Shown: positions 60,737 through 64,000 of the stretch, piece by piece | How positions within the stretch are numbered: position 1 is the first letter of the stretch | Layout: each line of letters begins with the position of its first letter | Assembly (NCBI GenBank): GCA_907165135.1 | Contig: CAJRAX010000008.1 | Span: 1-64,000, forward strand | Direction: 5' to 3' | DNA from: Oikopleura dioica | Taxonomy: Eukaryota > Animalia > Chordata | Length of the DNA: 64,000 nt | The notes under the pieces: model-generated | Databases searched by the model: none | What the model saw: only the letters and a program-made list of their open reading frames with translations | Told to the model about the DNA's origin: nothing | Position numbers and translations under genes: made by a program

Positions 60737-61759
60737 ATAACGATGACCATCGAAAAAAAAAATTTTTTTTTTGATTTTTTTTTCTGTTGTGTTTGAGAGC
60801 CTCAGAATCAACCAAAATGACACTCGGGAGACAACAGAAACGCTGCAAATAAAATAAGGGCAAAAAACGAAATTTCAAAATTTTGACCTCGTTTTTGGGC
60901 GATTTATCATAACGATGACCATCGAAAATAATTTTTTTTTTTTGGTTTTTTTTTCTGTTGGGTTTGAGAGGCTCAGAACTAACAAAAATGATACTCGGAG
61001 ACGGCAGAAACGCTGCAGATAAAATAAGGGCAAAAAACGAACTTTCAAAATTTTGTTCTCAATTTTGGGCGATTCATGATAACGATGACCATCGAAAAAA
61101 AATTTTTTTTTTTGAATTTTTTTTTCTGTTAGGTTTTAGAGGCTTAAAATCAACCAAAATGACGCTCGGGAGACGGCAGAAACGCTGCTAATAAAATTAG
61201 GGCAAAAAACGAAATTTCAAAATTTTGACCTCGTTTTTGGGCGATTCATTGTAACGATGACCATCGAAAAAAAAATTTTTTTTTGATTTTTTTTTCTGTT
61301 GGAATTAAGAGGCTCAGAATCAACCAAAATGACACTCGGAAGACGGCAGAAACGCTGCAAATAAAATAAGGGCAAAAAACGAAATTTCAAAATTTTGACC
61401 TCGTTTTTGGGCGATTCATGATAACGATGACCATCGAAAAAAAAAATTTTTTTTTTGATTTTTTTTTCTGTTGGGTTTGAGAGGCTCAGAATCAACCAAA
61501 ATGACGCTCGGGGGACGGCAGAAACGCTGCAAATAAAATTAGGGCAAAAAACGAAATTTCAAAATTTTGACCTCGTTTTTGGGCGATTCATGATAACGAT
61601 GACCATCGAAAAAAAATTTTTTTTTTGGTTTTTTTTTCTGTTGTGTTTGAGAGCCTCAGAATCAACCAAAATGACACTCGGGAGACAACAGAAACGCTGC
61701 AAATAAAATTAGGGCAAAAAAGAAATTTCAAAATTTTGACCTCGTTTTTGGGCGATTCA
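60737..61759. repeat. ~170-bp satellite, block 3
   Basis: About six copies of the same monomer. Confidence 0.96.
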
Positions 61760-64000
61760 TGATACAAACTCTAGTCCTGATTGCAATTAAAATCTAATAA
61801 TCAAATTTAATTTATGTTCTGCAAGAAAATCCAACAAAAAATTTTTTGCTTTCGCGGTTTTTTGTTTATTATGAGACTGATTTCATTTTTGGCGGTGAGC
61901 GAAATTGCAGGAAAGGCGCAGCTGCAAGTTCATAAATAAGAAAACAATAACAGCACGCTCACAAAGCGTGATCAAAACAAGGACAAGTTCACCAAAGTTC
62001 TTCCGGTCGATCAATAAGAGATCCATTTCAGATCAAATTCTTGCGCTGGAGCCGGGTTCTCGCAGCATTTTTTGTTTCGTGTATGGCGAACAGGTGAAGG
62101 GTTGAACAATAATTCAGCAAACGGCGCGCCAAATTGTCGCAGAATAAAATAAGAAAGATTAAAACAAGCATAAAGAAAGATTATAATTTAAATTGGCCAG
62201 TAATTAAAATTATAATTTTACGAAAGGGATGAAATATTTTTTTGATTTTTTGATTATTTTTTTAAAAAGGAATAACATAAATTACAGAAAAAGAGACATT
62301 AAAAATTACGATAAAATAAATTATATACAGAGTCAAAATAAACTCTGGCTCACCTTGCGATGCTTATTGACGCGGTTTGCTGTACGCGCTACTTTGCGTC
62401 AAGCCCTATCGAAGACAGGGAATCGCAGGGTGCCCAAGTATCTGCAGCTTGAAGCTTGCCATCCGGCCCGCCCATGGGTGCCATTTGGAGTTAATTTTGA
62501 AGAGTTGGCGAGGCGGTAGAACTCGCATCCGCGTCGAGAGCAATCGTCGTTGATTTCCAAAGAGGAACAGAATGAAATAAAGCCGCAAGCTAGTTATTTA
62601 AGAAAATTAACCCTCGAACACTTGGGTCTAGTTGCTAATCAAGAATTTTAATTAAAATTAACCCTCGAACTCTCGGGCTATTTTTAAGGAGAGAAGAGAA
62701 GAATTCAGCAATTTTAAAGAAAATTAACCCTCGAACACTCGGGTTAAAAAAGTAATCAGGAATTTTCTATAAAATAAAGTTAACCCTCGAACACTCGGGT
62801 TTTCATGCCAAATTTTTAATCAATAATAACGAGCAATAAGTAAATGAGCATGCGCAATTTCGAACGTGCGGTAAGGACGATATTTCATTTTGGAATTTTG
62901 GGAACTAAGCGACAAAATTTTGAAGCCTTTTGGATGTGTAATAATAATTGTACAGTTATTTTATATGCACGCGTACGTGCTGTAAAATCCTAATAGTTGC
63001 CGCTTAATCTTTATCCCTAACCGAAGCTTCAATGGGAAGCATTTTCAAAGAGTCGGCCGCTCGCTGGCTTTAGAGGTCTACTGAGGTTCTAGCTCCGTAG
63101 CAGACATAAAACCGCGAGAAGACCTTTTACCGTGGTGAGATGGAGTTTTTGGACCGTGAAGAGACGTTTTTGGGCGGAAATTTCGACGCCATCTTTTAAA
63201 AATTTGTTGTGTGAATTTGGGGAGTATTTTGAGGCTTAGTTTGAGCTCAATTTCGCCGGTGACAGTTATCAAAGATTTTTTTTTCTCTCTTTTTTTCCGG
63301 TATTGTATCACTGTGACCACTCATGGGTCCGGAACTATTTTTCTTCCATTCTTTTTTGCCAGTGAATACAATCATTTTTTCCCGGAAAGATACTGTTTAA
63401 AAAGCGTGGCTAATTGAGCTCAAGCCACAAAATACTTTTTGTAATTATCTAATCTAAACAGCCGTTTCTGGACTAAAAATGAGTTCACCATTGGCGCGCT
63501 CATGATTTGGAAATTTATCGGAAAAAAATTGATCGATAAGCTCTCTCGCTTCGTATTTTCTGAGATGATAAACACCTTTTATATCGTGAAAAGCGGCGAG
63601 CGCTTTTAATTCTGGTTTACTAAACTCGCTTAATTTTGTTGGCTTAAGAACTAGAAAAACTCCGTAAAATAAAAACTCTCCGTTAGAAGCTTTTTTCCAA
63701 AATTTAAAATTTTGCTGAATATGATTTCTTACTCTTACTTTTAATTCGGAAAAATCGTCTCTATCCCAATGTTCTAATTCAAATTTATCAGCTATGTATT
63801 TGAGCATTAGAAATGATAGCTCACTGAGCTTGCAAAAAATGCCTTTATCGACAGACATATTTTGCTTGCACTGTTCATAAATTTGGTCAAATTGTTCAAA
63901 AAGTTCCTGGTTTTCATTTTGTAATTTAAAATTTATCGAAAAATCCATTCTGTTAGTTTCTCCGCCTAGTGCTATTTCAAAATTGTCACTGTCTAGAATC
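61760..64000 (-). mobile_element. Second Gypsy-B copy (3' LTR 61760-63310 plus pol C-terminus 63454-64000), runs off the window
   Basis: Near-identical to 36368-38610; inserted in satellite after ATTCA. Confidence 0.97.

Noticed and set aside
33921-61759. Many short ORFs (MTIEKK.., DGHRYHESPKNEVK..) in the satellite
   Set aside because: Translations of tandem monomers broken by variable homopolymers; no coding signal.
1-64000. Species assignment
   Set aside because: TTAGGG telomeres are widespread in animals, fungi and protists; no host gene or rRNA is present to support an identification.

Overview
Left end of a eukaryotic chromosome with vertebrate-type (CCCTAA)n telomeres; the species cannot be identified from the sequence, and no ordinary host gene is recognisable. 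(1) 1-5203: about 5.2 kb of telomere, joined directly to the inside of a Ty3/Gypsy pol gene through a 3-nt AAC/GTT seed. (2) 5202-21647: a rearranged cap built only from pieces of one cassette, namely Gypsy-A pol plus an unidentified multi-ORF, GANTC-rich element called X here. It includes an ~11.1 kb palindrome, a strand-flipped copy of the palindrome centre and several junctions with 0-3 nt microhomology. (3) 21645-64000: a ~170-bp AT-rich satellite array carrying four young insertions of three related Ty3/Gypsy LTR retrotransposon families (A, B twice, C). These share TGATAC..GTATCA-type LTR ends, a gag reading frame starting at the LTR/PBS junction, -1 frameshift signals, a conserved non-purine motif where the polypurine tract should be, and a tandem SAP/HeH-like domain at the integrase C-terminus that may target the satellite. 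Gypsy-A gag is interrupted by a 537-bp MITE with a 9-bp TSD, and its pol has a 2.9-kb tandem duplication. Many single-base homopolymer frameshifts differ between otherwise identical copies and may be sequencing or assembly errors. Family, fold and motif calls are by eye, without database searches.
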